Assembly (NCBI GenBank): GCA_965658375.1
Contig: CBFHSD010000009.1
Coordinates: 229-64,228 of the forward strand
Direction of reading: 5' to 3'
Source: Salibacteraceae bacterium
Lineage (GTDB): Bacteria > Bacteroidota > Bacteroidia > Flavobacteriales_G > Salibacteraceae
DNA: 64,000 nt
Part shown: positions 8,773-18,448 of the stretch, piece after piece
Position numbering within the stretch: position 1 is the first letter of the stretch
Layout of the letters: each line of letters opens with the position of its first letter
Made by a program: the position numbers and the translations under genes
Notes under the pieces: model-generated
What the model was told of the DNA's origin: nothing
The model's database searches: none
What the model saw: only the letters and a program-made list of their open reading frames with translations

Positions 8773-10176
8773 ATGCAAGACATGAGTACATTAAAATCAT
8801 ACATCAACTCCAACAAAGAACGTTTTCAAGACGAACTTTTCGAATTGCTTCGCATCCCTTCTGTTAGTGCAGACCCTGCCTACAAAGGAGATGTATTGGC
8901 CTGCGCTGAAGCAGTGAAAAAAAGTTTAGAACATGCCGGTTGTGATACGGTAGAAATTTGCGAAACTCCGGGTTACCCTGTGGTTTACGGAGAGAAAAAC
9001 ATAGACCCTTCTTTGCCTACAGTAATTGTCTACGGCCATTACGATGTGCAACCCGCAGACCCTGTAGAGCTTTGGGATTCACCCCCATTTGAACCTGTTA
9101 TCAAGAAAACAGATAAGCATCCTGACGGTGCCATTTTTGCACGTGGAGCATGTGACGACAAAGGACAAATGTTCATGCACGTAAAAGCCCTTGAAGTAAT
9201 GGTGAAAAATGATGCCTTGCCTTGCAATGTCAAATTCATGATAGAGGGAGAAGAAGAAGTAGGTTCAGCCAACTTGGAATGGTTCATTAAAAACAACAAA
9301 GAAAAATTGGGTGGCGATGTCATTCTTATTTCAGATACGGGCATGTTGTCTAACGATACACCAAGCATTACCACAGGCCTAAGAGGTTTGAGCTATGTAG
9401 AGGTAGAAGTTACGGGGCCCAACAGAGATTTACACTCTGGATTGTATGGTGGTGCTGTGGCGAACCCAATCAATATCTTGTCTAAAATGATTGCAGACAT
9501 GCATGATGAGAACAACCACATTACCATTCCTGGTTTTTACGATGATGCAATTGAATTGTCTGCCGATGAAAGAGCCGCAATGGCAAAAGCCCCATTTAGT
9601 CTAGAACAATACAAAAACGCTTTAGATATCAAAGCTGTTTGGGGAGAAGAAGGTTACAGCACCATGGAGCGCAATAGCATCCGCCCAACACTAGATGTAA
9701 ATGGCATTTGGGGTGGTTACATTGGCGAAGGAGCGAAAACAGTAATTGCTTCTAAAGCCTATGCAAAAATTAGCATGCGCTTGGTTCCCGCTCAAGATCC
9801 AGATAAAATTACCAAGTTGTTTCAAGACTATTTCAACTCCGTTGCACCAGATTATGTGCGTGTAAAAGTAGATGCCCACCACGGTGGACATGCTTACGTT
9901 TCGCCTACAGATTCTACAGAATATTTGGCAGCAGAAAAAGCCATTGAGGAGTCATTTGGTAAAACACCTATCCCAGTGCGCTCTGGTGGTTCTATACCCA
10001 TTGTTGCGCTGTTCGAAAAAGAGCTTGGATTAAAATCTATTTTATTGGGCTTTGGCTTGGATAGTGATGCCATTCACTCACCCAACGAGCATTACGGCTT
10101 GTTCAATTACTTTAAAGGCATTGAAACCATTCCTAACTATTTCAAACATTACACAGCATTGAAACAAGGGAACTAA
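8773..10176 (+). CDS. M20-family dipeptidase (ArgE/DapE/PepV-type metallopeptidase)
   Basis: Motifs VIVYGHYDVQPAD, ARGACDDKGQ, EGEEEVGS and a C-terminal HSPNEH. The ATG at 8773 (MQDMSTLKSY) is preferred over the track start at 8662, because the extension is hydrophobic junk. Confidence 0.8.
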   Translation: MQDMSTLKSYINSNKERFQDELFELLRIPSVSADPAYKGDVLACAEAVKKSLEHAGCDTVEICETPGYPVVYGEKNIDPSLPTVIVYGHYDVQPADPVELWDSPPFEPVIKKTDKHPDGAIFARGACDDKGQMFMHVKALEVMVKNDALPCNVKFMIEGEEEVGSANLEWFIKNNKEKLGGDVILISDTGMLSNDTPSITTGLRGLSYVEVEVTGPNRDLHSGLYGGAVANPINILSKMIADMHDENNHITIPGFYDDAIELSADERAAMAKAPFSLEQYKNALDIKAVWGEEGYSTMERNSIRPTLDVNGIWGGYIGEGAKTVIASKAYAKISMRLVPAQDPDKITKLFQDYFNSVAPDYVRVKVDAHHGGHAYVSPTDSTEYLAAEKAIEESFGKTPIPVRSGGSIPIVALFEKELGLKSILLGFGLDSDAIHSPNEHYGLFNYFKGIETIPNYFKHYTALKQGN

Positions 10177-10201
10177 TTTCTCTTGAAATGTTAAAACCTA
10201 T

Positions 10202-10240
10202 AAAACCGCTTCAACTGTGAAGCGGTTTTTCTTTTTTTTG
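10202..10240 (+). terminator. rho-independent terminator after the dipeptidase
   Basis: ACCGCTTCA-actg-TGAAGCGGT hairpin followed by TTTTTCTTTTTTTT. Confidence 0.8.
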
Positions 10241-10244
10241 ACCC

Positions 10245-10706
10245 ATGATAAAACACTTTGTCTTTTTTCTCGTCCTCACCATCACGCTCAGTTCTTGCAC
10301 TTTTGAAGAACCTGTGGTAAGCGATCCCTACAACTTCTCCATCACCAATGTAAAGTCAACGTCTTTAGAAATCGGCTTTGACCTCAACATCCAAAATCCC
10401 AACGACCGCTCTTTTAAAATCAGTAATACCGATTTAGAAGTGCATTTCAATCAGGTACTCATTGGCGAAACTACCTTACTCAAGAAAGTAGAGGTTCCCG
10501 GTAAATTCGATGGCACCAAGCATTTTAGCATGCGCTTAGATTCTGAAGAACCTTTTGAAAAACTCATTCTCCCATTGTTGGTTGGTGGCTTAACAGGTAA
10601 CTCCAAAATGAAATTAGAAGGCGAAGTGGCAGGGAAAATAGGCCTGCTTAAAAAACGCTTTCCTGTTGAACATACTGCTCCTTTGAACCTTTCAGATCTG
10701 CGCTAG
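10245..10706 (+). CDS. LEA_2 / NDR1-HIN1-like lipoprotein
   Basis: Lipobox LTITLSSC. Beta-sandwich-like segment reads FSITNVKSTSLEIGFDLNIQNPNDRSFKISNTDLEVHFN. 153 aa. Confidence 0.45.
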   Translation: MIKHFVFFLVLTITLSSCTFEEPVVSDPYNFSITNVKSTSLEIGFDLNIQNPNDRSFKISNTDLEVHFNQVLIGETTLLKKVEVPGKFDGTKHFSMRLDSEEPFEKLILPLLVGGLTGNSKMKLEGEVAGKIGLLKKRFPVEHTAPLNLSDLR

Positions 10707-10759
10707 GTTCGCCCTTAGTATTTTATGATAGGCGGTAAGCCGCGAAACAATTCAAAACA

Positions 10760-10767
10760 TAGTTTTG
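10760..10767 (+). promoter_or_regulatory. -7 box TAGTTTTG, 4 nt upstream of the permease ATG
   Basis: Exact TAnnTTTG match, with the ATG at 10772. Confidence 0.35.
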
Positions 10768-10771
10768 TAGC

Positions 10772-12022
10772 ATGCGATTGTATTGGCGCTTATTTACGGA
10801 AAGTGTCTTGTTTGCTTGGAACGCTTTGAAAGCAAATAAGCTCCGGACCTTTCTCTCTTTGTTAATGGTTACCATTGGTGTATTTTCCATCATTGCGGTA
10901 TTCACCATTTCTGATAGCATGGCCAAATACGTGCGCAACAGTTTTGAAGAACTGGGAGACAAAGTGCTCTTTATTCAAAAATGGCCTTGGACTTTTGGTC
11001 CAGACTACCATTGGTGGGATTACATTAGCAGACCAGAAGCTTCTTTAGACGATTTAAGATCTATTGAAAAGCAAAGTCAGCTTGCCTCTTCTTCTACCTT
11101 TATGATTGGCTATTCCAGAACCCTCAAGTTTGGCAGCAGCAGCATGGAAGATGTTGAAATACAAGCCAGCACTCCTGGTTTTGAGCAAGTGCGCGATTTT
11201 GAAATTGCTGAAGGACGCTACTTTACCGAAGCAGATTTTTCTGGCGGAGCCCCCTACTGCATTATTGGAGACTACGTACGCATAGACCTTTTTGGGTACA
11301 AAAACCCCATTGGCAAAAGCATTAAAATTGGCGGCATTAAGGCTACGGTTATTGGTGTTTTTGAGCGCCAAGGAGAAAGCTTAATTGGCCAAAGCACAGA
11401 TGAATTGGTGCTTATTCCCATGAATTTTGCCAAGACCATGGTGGATATTAAAAGTGGTCGTTTAGGCCCCACCATTTATGTAAAAGCTAAAGAAGGTGTT
11501 TCTAACGAAGCCCTGCGCGATGAGATGACCATTGTAATGCGTGGCGCACGAAAATTGAAACCTCGACAAGATGACAATTTCGCCATTAACGAGGTGAGTA
11601 TGATTACCAACAGTTTGGGTTCTTTCTTTGATTCTGTAAATGTCATTGGCGCCATCATCAGCTTATTCTCTCTCTTAGTGGGTGGTTTTGGCATTGCCAA
11701 CATCATGTTTGTATCTGTAAAAGAACGGGTGAACCTGATTGGCATTCAAAAATCTTTGGGTGCAAAAAATTCTTTCATCCTCTTCGAGTTTTTGGTTGAA
11801 GCCGTTGTGCTCTGTGTCTTGGGTGGAAGTTTTGGAATGTTGCTGGTACTGGGCATAGGCCTCATCGTTTCTACTACCATGGAGATGAACTTCATCCTCT
11901 CCATTGGCAATACGGCCATCGGTTTGCTCATCTCAGTCATCATCGGTTTGATATCTGGAATTGTTCCCGCATACAATGCCTCTCGTATGGATCCCGTAGA
12001 AGCAATTAGGGCCAAAGGATAA
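10772..12022 (+). CDS. ABC transporter permease, MacB/FtsX family (no ATPase gene adjacent)
   Basis: N-terminal TM helix, a large periplasmic domain, then the C-terminal FtsX region (ERVNLIGIQKSLGAKNSFILFEFLVEA ... PAYNASRMDPVEAIR). 416 aa. Confidence 0.85.
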   Translation: MRLYWRLFTESVLFAWNALKANKLRTFLSLLMVTIGVFSIIAVFTISDSMAKYVRNSFEELGDKVLFIQKWPWTFGPDYHWWDYISRPEASLDDLRSIEKQSQLASSSTFMIGYSRTLKFGSSSMEDVEIQASTPGFEQVRDFEIAEGRYFTEADFSGGAPYCIIGDYVRIDLFGYKNPIGKSIKIGGIKATVIGVFERQGESLIGQSTDELVLIPMNFAKTMVDIKSGRLGPTIYVKAKEGVSNEALRDEMTIVMRGARKLKPRQDDNFAINEVSMITNSLGSFFDSVNVIGAIISLFSLLVGGFGIANIMFVSVKERVNLIGIQKSLGAKNSFILFEFLVEAVVLCVLGGSFGMLLVLGIGLIVSTTMEMNFILSIGNTAIGLLISVIIGLISGIVPAYNASRMDPVEAIRAKG

Positions 12023-12063
12023 GTGAGAAAGATTTTCCACTTTTGCCCGCAAACTTTTCCGGT

Positions 12064-12381
12064 ATGATAATCTACAACGTTACGGTAAAAATTAGCCTTG
12101 AAGCACATGACGAATGGCTTCATTGGATGAAAACCAAGCACATTCCAGATGTGATGGATACCGGCATATTTAGAGAGTACCGGTTCACCAAAGTGCTCAC
12201 ACAAGAAGAAGACGGCACGAGTTACAGCATACAATACCTCTGCGATTCTACAGCAGATTTACACCGCTACCAAGTGCAACACGCTCCTGCCTTACAAGCA
12301 GAACACAGCGCCAAATACAAAGATCAATTTGTAGCCTTTAGAACCTTATTGGAAATGGTAGATTCAGGAAGCTCGAAATGA
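12064..12381 (+). CDS. DUF4286-family small protein
   Basis: Reads MIIYNVTVKISLEAHDEWLHWMKTKHIPDVMDTG. The ATG at 12064 is preferred, because the track's TTG at 12043 lies inside the putative -7 box. The stop overlaps the rsmA ATG. Confidence 0.55.
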   Translation: MIIYNVTVKISLEAHDEWLHWMKTKHIPDVMDTGIFREYRFTKVLTQEEDGTSYSIQYLCDSTADLHRYQVQHAPALQAEHSAKYKDQFVAFRTLLEMVDSGSSK

Positions 12382-13151
12382 ACGTAAGGCCTAAAAAACA
12401 CCTCGGCCAGCATTTCTTAACCGATAAGAATGTAGCCAAAGATATTGCAGACAGTGTAACGCTAAACGGCTATTCCACCGTGGTTGAGATTGGACCAGGA
12501 ATGGGAATGCTTACACAGTTTCTCATACCACGACCAGCCATTGACCTCTACGTGTATGAAATTGATTACGAATCTGTAGACTACCTCAAACGCGAGTTTT
12601 TAGAGCTACAAGGCAAGATTATAGAAGGCGATTTTTTACGCGAAAAACTGGATCAACGATTTGCGGAACCCTTATGTATTGCGGGAAACTTCCCATACAA
12701 CATCAGTTCTCAAATTATTTTCAAAGCCATTGAATACCGCAATTTGGTGGTAGAGCTTACGGGCATGTTCCAAAAAGAAGTGGCCGAGCGCATTGCCGAA
12801 AAACCGGGTTCTAAGCAATACGGCATCATCAGCGTATTGGTGCAAGCTTTTTACGATGTAGAGTACCTCTTTACCGTATCTCCAGATGTATTTAATCCAC
12901 CACCAAAGGTAAATTCTGGGGTCATTCGCTTAACCCGCAATGAAAGAAGGTCTTTGCCCTGCGATGAGAAAAAATTCATTCAAGTGGTAAAAATGGGCTT
13001 CAATCAACGCAGAAAAACATTGCGCAACAGCCTCAAACCTTTGGTGAACGCAGCAGAAATAGACCCTTCTTTAGAGATACTCGCTCAAAGACCAGAGCAG
13101 CTTTCAGTTGAAGAATTTATTAAACTTACTCAGCTCCTGCACCCAAAATAA
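12378..13151 (+). CDS. rsmA: 16S rRNA (adenine1518-N6/adenine1519-N6)-dimethyltransferase
   Basis: Motifs KKHLGQHFLTD, VVEIGPGMGMLT and GNFPYNISS, typical of KsgA/RsmA. 257 aa. Confidence 0.9.
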   Translation: MNVRPKKHLGQHFLTDKNVAKDIADSVTLNGYSTVVEIGPGMGMLTQFLIPRPAIDLYVYEIDYESVDYLKREFLELQGKIIEGDFLREKLDQRFAEPLCIAGNFPYNISSQIIFKAIEYRNLVVELTGMFQKEVAERIAEKPGSKQYGIISVLVQAFYDVEYLFTVSPDVFNPPPKVNSGVIRLTRNERRSLPCDEKKFIQVVKMGFNQRRKTLRNSLKPLVNAAEIDPSLEILAQRPEQLSVEEFIKLTQLLHPK

Positions 13152-13160
13152 AAGGAGCCT

Positions 13161-13168
13161 TACCTTTG
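13161..13168 (+). promoter_or_regulatory. -7 box TACCTTTG upstream of mgtE
   Basis: Exact TAnnTTTG match 22 nt before the ATG at 13190. Confidence 0.35.
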
Positions 13169-13189
13169 CCCTTTATCCAACACGGAGCA

Positions 13190-14554
13190 ATGCAAGGGTT
13201 TGAACTCAATAAAAAATACTTAGCCGAACTGAGAGAAGTGATTCACTCAGGCGATGAGGTGAGTCTATTGGAGTTCATAGATAACCTTCACCCTGCAGAT
13301 GTTGCCGAGATCTTAGACCAACTAAGTGTTGAAGAAGGTAAGCCCATCCTAAATAGCTTAGACGCCCAACGCGCCTCAGAAGCTTTGATGGAGCTTGACG
13401 ATGAGTTGAGGAGAGACTACCTCGATTTATTAACCTCTAAAGAAATTGCCCAGCAGTTTGTAGAAAATCTAGACAGTGATGACGCTGCCGATTTGGTGCA
13501 AGAGCTGGACGAAGAAAAGCGGAAAGAGGTTATTCGCGAAATTGAGGATGTTGAAGTTGCCGAAGATCTTGTAGACCTGCTGAGCTACCCCGAAGGTACC
13601 GCAGGTGCTTTGATGGGAAAAGAATACGTTTGGGTAAACACCAATTGGAGTGTTGCCGAAAGTGTGCGTCAAATGCGCAGGCAGGCAGAACAAATGGAAC
13701 AAGTCTACACGGTTTATGTGGTAGATGCTCATGATAAGCTGCTTGGCAGATTGCCACTAAAGCGCTTATTGACCAGTTCTATCAAAGCCAAGATCCAAGA
13801 CGTGTACTCTGAGAAAGTACGCTACGTACTTGCCACTGCACCTCAAGAAGAGGTGGCGCAAACAATGGAGAAATACGATTTGGTGGTGATTCCCGTAGTG
13901 GATGAATTGAACCGCTTGATAGGTCGCATTACCATAGATGATGTGGTAGATGTGATTCGCGAAGAAGCCGATAAAGATTACCAGTTGGCTTCTGGTATTA
14001 CCGAAGATGTTGAAATTACCGACAGCATTTGGGAACTCACCCGAGCGCGCTTGCCTTGGCTGATTATTGGATTGTTTGGTGGTATGTTGAACGCTACCAT
14101 TATTGGCGGCTATGAAAATGCCATCGCCACCATTCCAGCCCTTGCCTTTTTTATGCCCCTCATTACGGCAACGGCAGGCAATGTGGGAGTGCAATCTTCG
14201 GCTATTATTGTGCAAGGATTGGCCAACAATTCCCTTAGCTTCAACTCTGTATGGAGTAAAATCTGGAAAGAACTTTCTGTGGCCTTACTCAATGGCGCTG
14301 TCATCTCCATTCTCGCTTTTGCTTTATGCCATTTTATGTTTGGCGATGACGAATTGGGAATTACAGTAAGCATCTCATTGATGAGCGTGATTCTATTGGC
14401 CTCTTTAATGGGAACCATCGTACCGCTTGGACTTGATAAATACAAAATTGATCCCGCACTAGCCACCGGACCTTTCATCACCACATCAAACGACATCATA
14501 GGCCTCTTTGTGTATTTTACTGTAGGTCAGTTGATTTATGGCGGATTGTTATGA
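13190..14554 (+). CDS. mgtE: magnesium transporter MgtE
   Basis: Acidic N-domain, tandem CBS region (VVDAHDKLLGRL, VVDELNRLIGRITIDDVVDVI) and a TM domain with ATAGNVGVQSSAI and PFITTSNDIIG. The ATG at 13190 is preferred over the TTG at 13166. Confidence 0.9.
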   Translation: MQGFELNKKYLAELREVIHSGDEVSLLEFIDNLHPADVAEILDQLSVEEGKPILNSLDAQRASEALMELDDELRRDYLDLLTSKEIAQQFVENLDSDDAADLVQELDEEKRKEVIREIEDVEVAEDLVDLLSYPEGTAGALMGKEYVWVNTNWSVAESVRQMRRQAEQMEQVYTVYVVDAHDKLLGRLPLKRLLTSSIKAKIQDVYSEKVRYVLATAPQEEVAQTMEKYDLVVIPVVDELNRLIGRITIDDVVDVIREEADKDYQLASGITEDVEITDSIWELTRARLPWLIIGLFGGMLNATIIGGYENAIATIPALAFFMPLITATAGNVGVQSSAIIVQGLANNSLSFNSVWSKIWKELSVALLNGAVISILAFALCHFMFGDDELGITVSISLMSVILLASLMGTIVPLGLDKYKIDPALATGPFITTSNDIIGLFVYFTVGQLIYGGLL

Positions 14555-15489
14555 GAGTACTCTTTATAGATTCGGTACACCCCATTTTGTGGGAACGCCT
14601 TTCTTCCAATAATTTCGAATGTGTAGATGGCACCTCTTGGTCAAGAGAACAAGTGCTGCATCAAATTAGCGGCTACCAAGGGGTAGTGATTCGCTCTCGC
14701 TTTACCATTGATGAAACCTTTTTAGATGCGGCAACATCCCTCAAATTCATCGCTCGCTCTGGAGCCGGATTGGAAAACATCAATCTCGCATATGCCGAAG
14801 AAAAAGGGGTAGAAGTTTTCAATAGTCCAGAAGGCAATAGAGATGCCGTAGCAGAACATGCCCTAGGAATGATTCTTTCACTATTCAATCACCTAAAACG
14901 AGCAGATTTAGAAGTGCGTCAAGGCATTTGGCTCCGCGAAGAAAACCGAGGCTTGGAACTAAAAGGAAAGACCGTGGGCATTATTGGTTATGGCGTTATG
15001 GGAACTGCATTTGCACAGCGTTTAGTGGGCTTTGGCTGCAAGGTAATTGCCCATGACAAGTACAAAACAGGTTTCGGAAATGACCTTGTAGAAGAGCTTT
15101 CGCTAAAAGCACTTCAGGAGCAAGCCGATGTTGTTTCTCTTCATTTGCCTCAAAGCGCAGAAACCATCCACTATATCAATGAAGCATTCATCAATGCGAT
15201 GCACAAGCCCTTTTACCTCATCAATACCGCGCGAGGAAAAAATGTCAGTCTAGAAGCACTCATCAATGGCTTAGAAAGCGGTAAAGTCTTAGGTGCCTGT
15301 TTGGATGTATTGGAAGTAGAAAAAAAATCTTTTGAAAAACTGAGCAGCAGCGATCTCTCCCCTGCATTTCAAAAACTCATTGCCTCAGATAAGGTGTTGT
15401 TGTCTCCTCATGTTGCGGGCTGGACTGAAGAATCTTATGTGAAGCTGAGCACTTTTTTGGCAGATAAGATTCTGGCTTGGTATCATTAG
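14551..15489 (+). CDS. D-isomer-specific 2-hydroxyacid dehydrogenase (phosphoglycerate dehydrogenase-like)
   Basis: NAD-binding motif GKTVGIIGYGVMGTAFAQRL, plus NTARG and SPHVAGWT motifs. ATGA overlap with mgtE. Confidence 0.8.
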   Translation: MRVLFIDSVHPILWERLSSNNFECVDGTSWSREQVLHQISGYQGVVIRSRFTIDETFLDAATSLKFIARSGAGLENINLAYAEEKGVEVFNSPEGNRDAVAEHALGMILSLFNHLKRADLEVRQGIWLREENRGLELKGKTVGIIGYGVMGTAFAQRLVGFGCKVIAHDKYKTGFGNDLVEELSLKALQEQADVVSLHLPQSAETIHYINEAFINAMHKPFYLINTARGKNVSLEALINGLESGKVLGACLDVLEVEKKSFEKLSSSDLSPAFQKLIASDKVLLSPHVAGWTEESYVKLSTFLADKILAWYH

Positions 15490-15548
15490 TCACATTTCAC
15501 TGACTCCTTTCTTCTTACCTTGCTGCAAAATCCCTTAAAACGTACCCG

Positions 15549-16991
15549 ATGAAAAAGTTATTAGCCTTTGCCGCACTTGCGAGCCTAATCACATTAACGG
15601 CTTTAACAACAGCCACTCATGGTGATGGAATTCTCGACTTAGGGAACCTTTTCAACTACGAAAATCAAAGTATTCCGAGCTACATCACACGAGACAACAC
15701 GCCCGCTAACAATCCCATTACAGATGAAGGCGCCACACTGGGAAGGGTTCTTTTCTACGATAAAAATCTATCTGTAGACAACAGCATTGCCTGTGCCAGC
15801 TGCCACCAACAAGAAAATGCTTTTGGCGACAGCAATGATGTCAGCACAGGTGTGGCAGGTGTTACACCAAGACATTCTATGCGCTTAGTCAATGCACGCT
15901 TTGGAGTGCTGGAATCCTTCTTTTGGGACAGACGTGCTGCTTCATTAGAAGATCAATCCACCATGCCCATTCAAGACCACATAGAAATGGGCTTTAGCGG
16001 CACCAATGGCGATCCGGATTTAGACTCACTTATCCGTAAACTCGATGGCATTGATTACTACCCTTCTCTTTTTGAGTTTGCTTTTGGCGATGCAGAAATC
16101 ACCGAAGAGCGGATGCAAAATGCCTTGGCGCAGTTTGTACGCAGTATTCAATCTTTCGATACCAAATACGATGTAGGAAGAGCGCAGGTCGCAAACAACA
16201 ATCAACGTCCACCAAACTTCACGCAAAAAGAACAAATGGGTAAACAGCTCTTTCAAAATGCTCCAGTTTTTGATGCCAATGGCTTAAGAATAAGTGGCGG
16301 CTTAGGCTGTGGAGGTTGTCACAGAGCCCCTGAATTTGATATTGACCCCAATTCTGGCAATAACGGAGTAGTGCGGAATTATGCACCTAGTGCAAATGAT
16401 TCATTTGACTTTACCATTACACGTTCTCCTAACTTAAGAGATGTTTTTGATACCAACGGCAATGCCATTGCAGGCTTAATGCACAACACACTTATTGGAC
16501 ACACGCAAGATATTGACGGAGTACTCGACCATTACAACAACATTGTAGTTGAACCAGGGAACACCACCATTGACCCTAGACTCCTTCCTGGAGGAAATCC
16601 ACAACAACTCAACATGAGCCAAGTTGAAAGGGATGCCGTAAAAGCATTTTTCCTCACATTATCGGGAAGTAACGTGTATACAGATGAACGCTGGAGCGAT
16701 CCTTTTGACGCCAATGGAAATTTGACTTTAATTGGAGCTACTGGTATAGCGGAAACGCAAAAAACAGAATGGAAAGTGTACCCCAACCCAACAAGTCGTT
16801 TCATTCAAATAGCAGGTTCTAATGAAGTGATTGATGTATTCGTTTACGACCTTTCAGGTAAAATGCAAATGCAAACTACTCTTTCTTCAAACCAACACCT
16901 AGATGTATCCTCTCTTCCCATGGGTAGCTACATTCTTCAATGGCGAGAATCCAACGGAGGAATGAATACCAATAAATTCATCAAAAATTAG
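15549..16991 (+). CDS. di-haem cytochrome c peroxidase/MauG-family protein carrying a T9SS type-A C-terminal sorting domain
   Basis: Signal peptide present. Two CxxCH sites (CASCH, CGGCH). The LGRVLFYDKNLS motif is typical of the CCP family. The C-terminal sorting domain is described in the next feature. Confidence 0.8.
   Translation: MKKLLAFAALASLITLTALTTATHGDGILDLGNLFNYENQSIPSYITRDNTPANNPITDEGATLGRVLFYDKNLSVDNSIACASCHQQENAFGDSNDVSTGVAGVTPRHSMRLVNARFGVLESFFWDRRAASLEDQSTMPIQDHIEMGFSGTNGDPDLDSLIRKLDGIDYYPSLFEFAFGDAEITEERMQNALAQFVRSIQSFDTKYDVGRAQVANNNQRPPNFTQKEQMGKQLFQNAPVFDANGLRISGGLGCGGCHRAPEFDIDPNSGNNGVVRNYAPSANDSFDFTITRSPNLRDVFDTNGNAIAGLMHNTLIGHTQDIDGVLDHYNNIVVEPGNTTIDPRLLPGGNPQQLNMSQVERDAVKAFFLTLSGSNVYTDERWSDPFDANGNLTLIGATGIAETQKTEWKVYPNPTSRFIQIAGSNEVIDVFVYDLSGKMQMQTTLSSNQHLDVSSLPMGSYILQWRESNGGMNTNKFIKN
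16764..16988 (+). other. T9SS type-A (Por_Secre_tail) sorting domain
   Basis: Reads WKVYPNPTSRFIQIAG...VFVYDLSGKMQMQ...LPMGSYILQW over the last 75 aa or so. Confidence 0.7.
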
Positions 16992-16994
16992 AAA

Positions 16995-17022
16995 AGAGTC
17001 CCGAGCAATCGGGACTTTTTTT
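16995..17022 (+). terminator. rho-independent terminator
   Basis: GTCCCGA-gcaa-TCGGGAC hairpin (GNRA loop) followed by TTTTTTT. Confidence 0.8.
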
Positions 17023-17058
17023 ATCGGCTCATTTAGAGGCTTAATGCCCTTTTAAACC

Positions 17059-17066
17059 TAAGTTTG
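17059..17066 (+). promoter_or_regulatory. -7 box TAAGTTTG upstream of kdsC
   Basis: Exact TAnnTTTG match 7 nt before the ATG at 17074. Confidence 0.35.
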
Positions 17067-17073
17067 CTGTTGT

Positions 17074-17619
17074 ATGAAATCAACATCAGATTTAAAAAAA
17101 GCGGCACAATCTATCAAAGTATTGCTGTTTGATGTAGACGGTGTTTTAACAGATGGCGGCATTGTGTATGACAACAACGGCTTGGAATCGAAACGCTTTA
17201 ACGTGAAAGATGGTCAAATCATTCGCATCCTCAAAAAGGCCAACATTACCACGGGAGTCATTACCGGAAGAAAATCTGAAGTGGTCATTTACCGCTGCAA
17301 TGAGCTAAAAATCGATTACCATTATCATGGCATTCACAATAAACTTAAAAAGCTCAACGAGCTTCTCGGTAAACTTCAAGTGAACCTTGACGAAGTCGCC
17401 TATATTGGAGATGACATCAACGACTTACCAATCCTTACCCGATGTGGCTTAAGCGCCACTCCTGCAGATGGACACTTTGAAGTAAAAGCACGGGTAGACT
17501 TGGTTCTCGAGACCAAAGGTGGAGATGGCGCACTGCGCGAGTTTGCCGATTTCATTCTTTCCGAAAGGGAAGACTACAACAACATAATAGAAGAAATTAT
17601 TACGAATGGAAACGTATAA
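17074..17619 (+). CDS. kdsC: 3-deoxy-D-manno-octulosonate 8-phosphate phosphatase (HAD-IIIA)
   Basis: Motifs LLFDVDGVLTDG and YIGDDINDL. Located immediately upstream of, and overlapping, kdsA. Confidence 0.8.
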   Translation: MKSTSDLKKAAQSIKVLLFDVDGVLTDGGIVYDNNGLESKRFNVKDGQIIRILKKANITTGVITGRKSEVVIYRCNELKIDYHYHGIHNKLKKLNELLGKLQVNLDEVAYIGDDINDLPILTRCGLSATPADGHFEVKARVDLVLETKGGDGALREFADFILSEREDYNNIIEEIITNGNV

Positions 17620-18448
17620 AAATCCCGTTCACATTAACGACCAACTGACTGTTGGAAATGGAAAAATGACCCTCTTCGCAGGCCCTTGTGCCTTAGAAAG
17701 CGAAGACCTTGCACTGGAAGTGGGCAGCACCCTAAAAGCCTTGTGCCAAAAGCTGGACATCCAATACGTGTTCAAAGCCTCTTTTGACAAAGCGAACCGC
17801 ACAGCAGTAGGCTCATACCGCGGTCCGGGATTGGAAAGTGGCATCAAAAGTTTGGGAGCCATCAAAGATCAATTGAAAGTGCCCATTGTAACAGACATTC
17901 ACGAGGCGAACCAAGCAGCACCCGTGGCAGAAATTGCAGATGTATTGCAGATTCCCGCATACCTCTGTCGCCAAACCGATTTATTGGTGGCCGCGGCAAA
18001 AACTGGCAAAACAGTGAAAATCAAACGCGGGCAATTCATGGCTCCGGGCGATATGCAATATGCTGTAGAAAAGATTATAGCCAGTGGCAATCAAAAAGCA
18101 CTTTTAACAGAAAGAGGCGCCTCTTTTGGCTACCACAACTTGGTAGTAGACATGCGTTCTTTACCTACAATGCGTCAATATGCTCCGGTTATTTTTGATG
18201 TCACCCACAGTGTTCAACAACCTGGTGGGCAAGGCGGTTCTTCTGGCGGACAAAGAGAATTTGCCGCTTACCTTGCTAGAGCAGCGGCAGCAACAGGAGT
18301 AGACGGTTTCTTCATAGAATCTCACCCCGACCCTGTCAACGCCAAAAGCGATGGCCCAAATATGATTCCCTTAAAAGAAATGCCTTCTTTTTTAGAAATG
18401 TTGAAAGAAGCTTTTTACCTTGGGAACAAATACACGAAAACAAATTGA
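17606..18448 (+). CDS. kdsA: 3-deoxy-8-phosphooctulonate synthase
   Basis: Motifs FAGPCALES, FKASFDKANR, LQIPAYLCRQTDLL and DVTHSVQQPGG. 280 aa. Confidence 0.9.
   Translation: METYKNPVHINDQLTVGNGKMTLFAGPCALESEDLALEVGSTLKALCQKLDIQYVFKASFDKANRTAVGSYRGPGLESGIKSLGAIKDQLKVPIVTDIHEANQAAPVAEIADVLQIPAYLCRQTDLLVAAAKTGKTVKIKRGQFMAPGDMQYAVEKIIASGNQKALLTERGASFGYHNLVVDMRSLPTMRQYAPVIFDVTHSVQQPGGQGGSSGGQREFAAYLARAAAATGVDGFFIESHPDPVNAKSDGPNMIPLKEMPSFLEMLKEAFYLGNKYTKTN

Noticed and set aside
11746-12234. 162-aa minus-strand ORF.
   Set aside because: It is antisense to the C-terminal part of the well-supported MacB-like permease gene and also covers the short spacer and the 5' part of the DUF4286 gene. Its composition is not protein-like.
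13152-13189. A possible M-box (Mg2+) riboswitch upstream of mgtE.
   Set aside because: Only 38 nt separate rsmA from the mgtE ATG, so there is no room for an M-box aptamer.
13766-14215. 149-aa minus-strand ORF inside mgtE.
   Set aside because: It is an antisense shadow ORF within a strongly supported gene.
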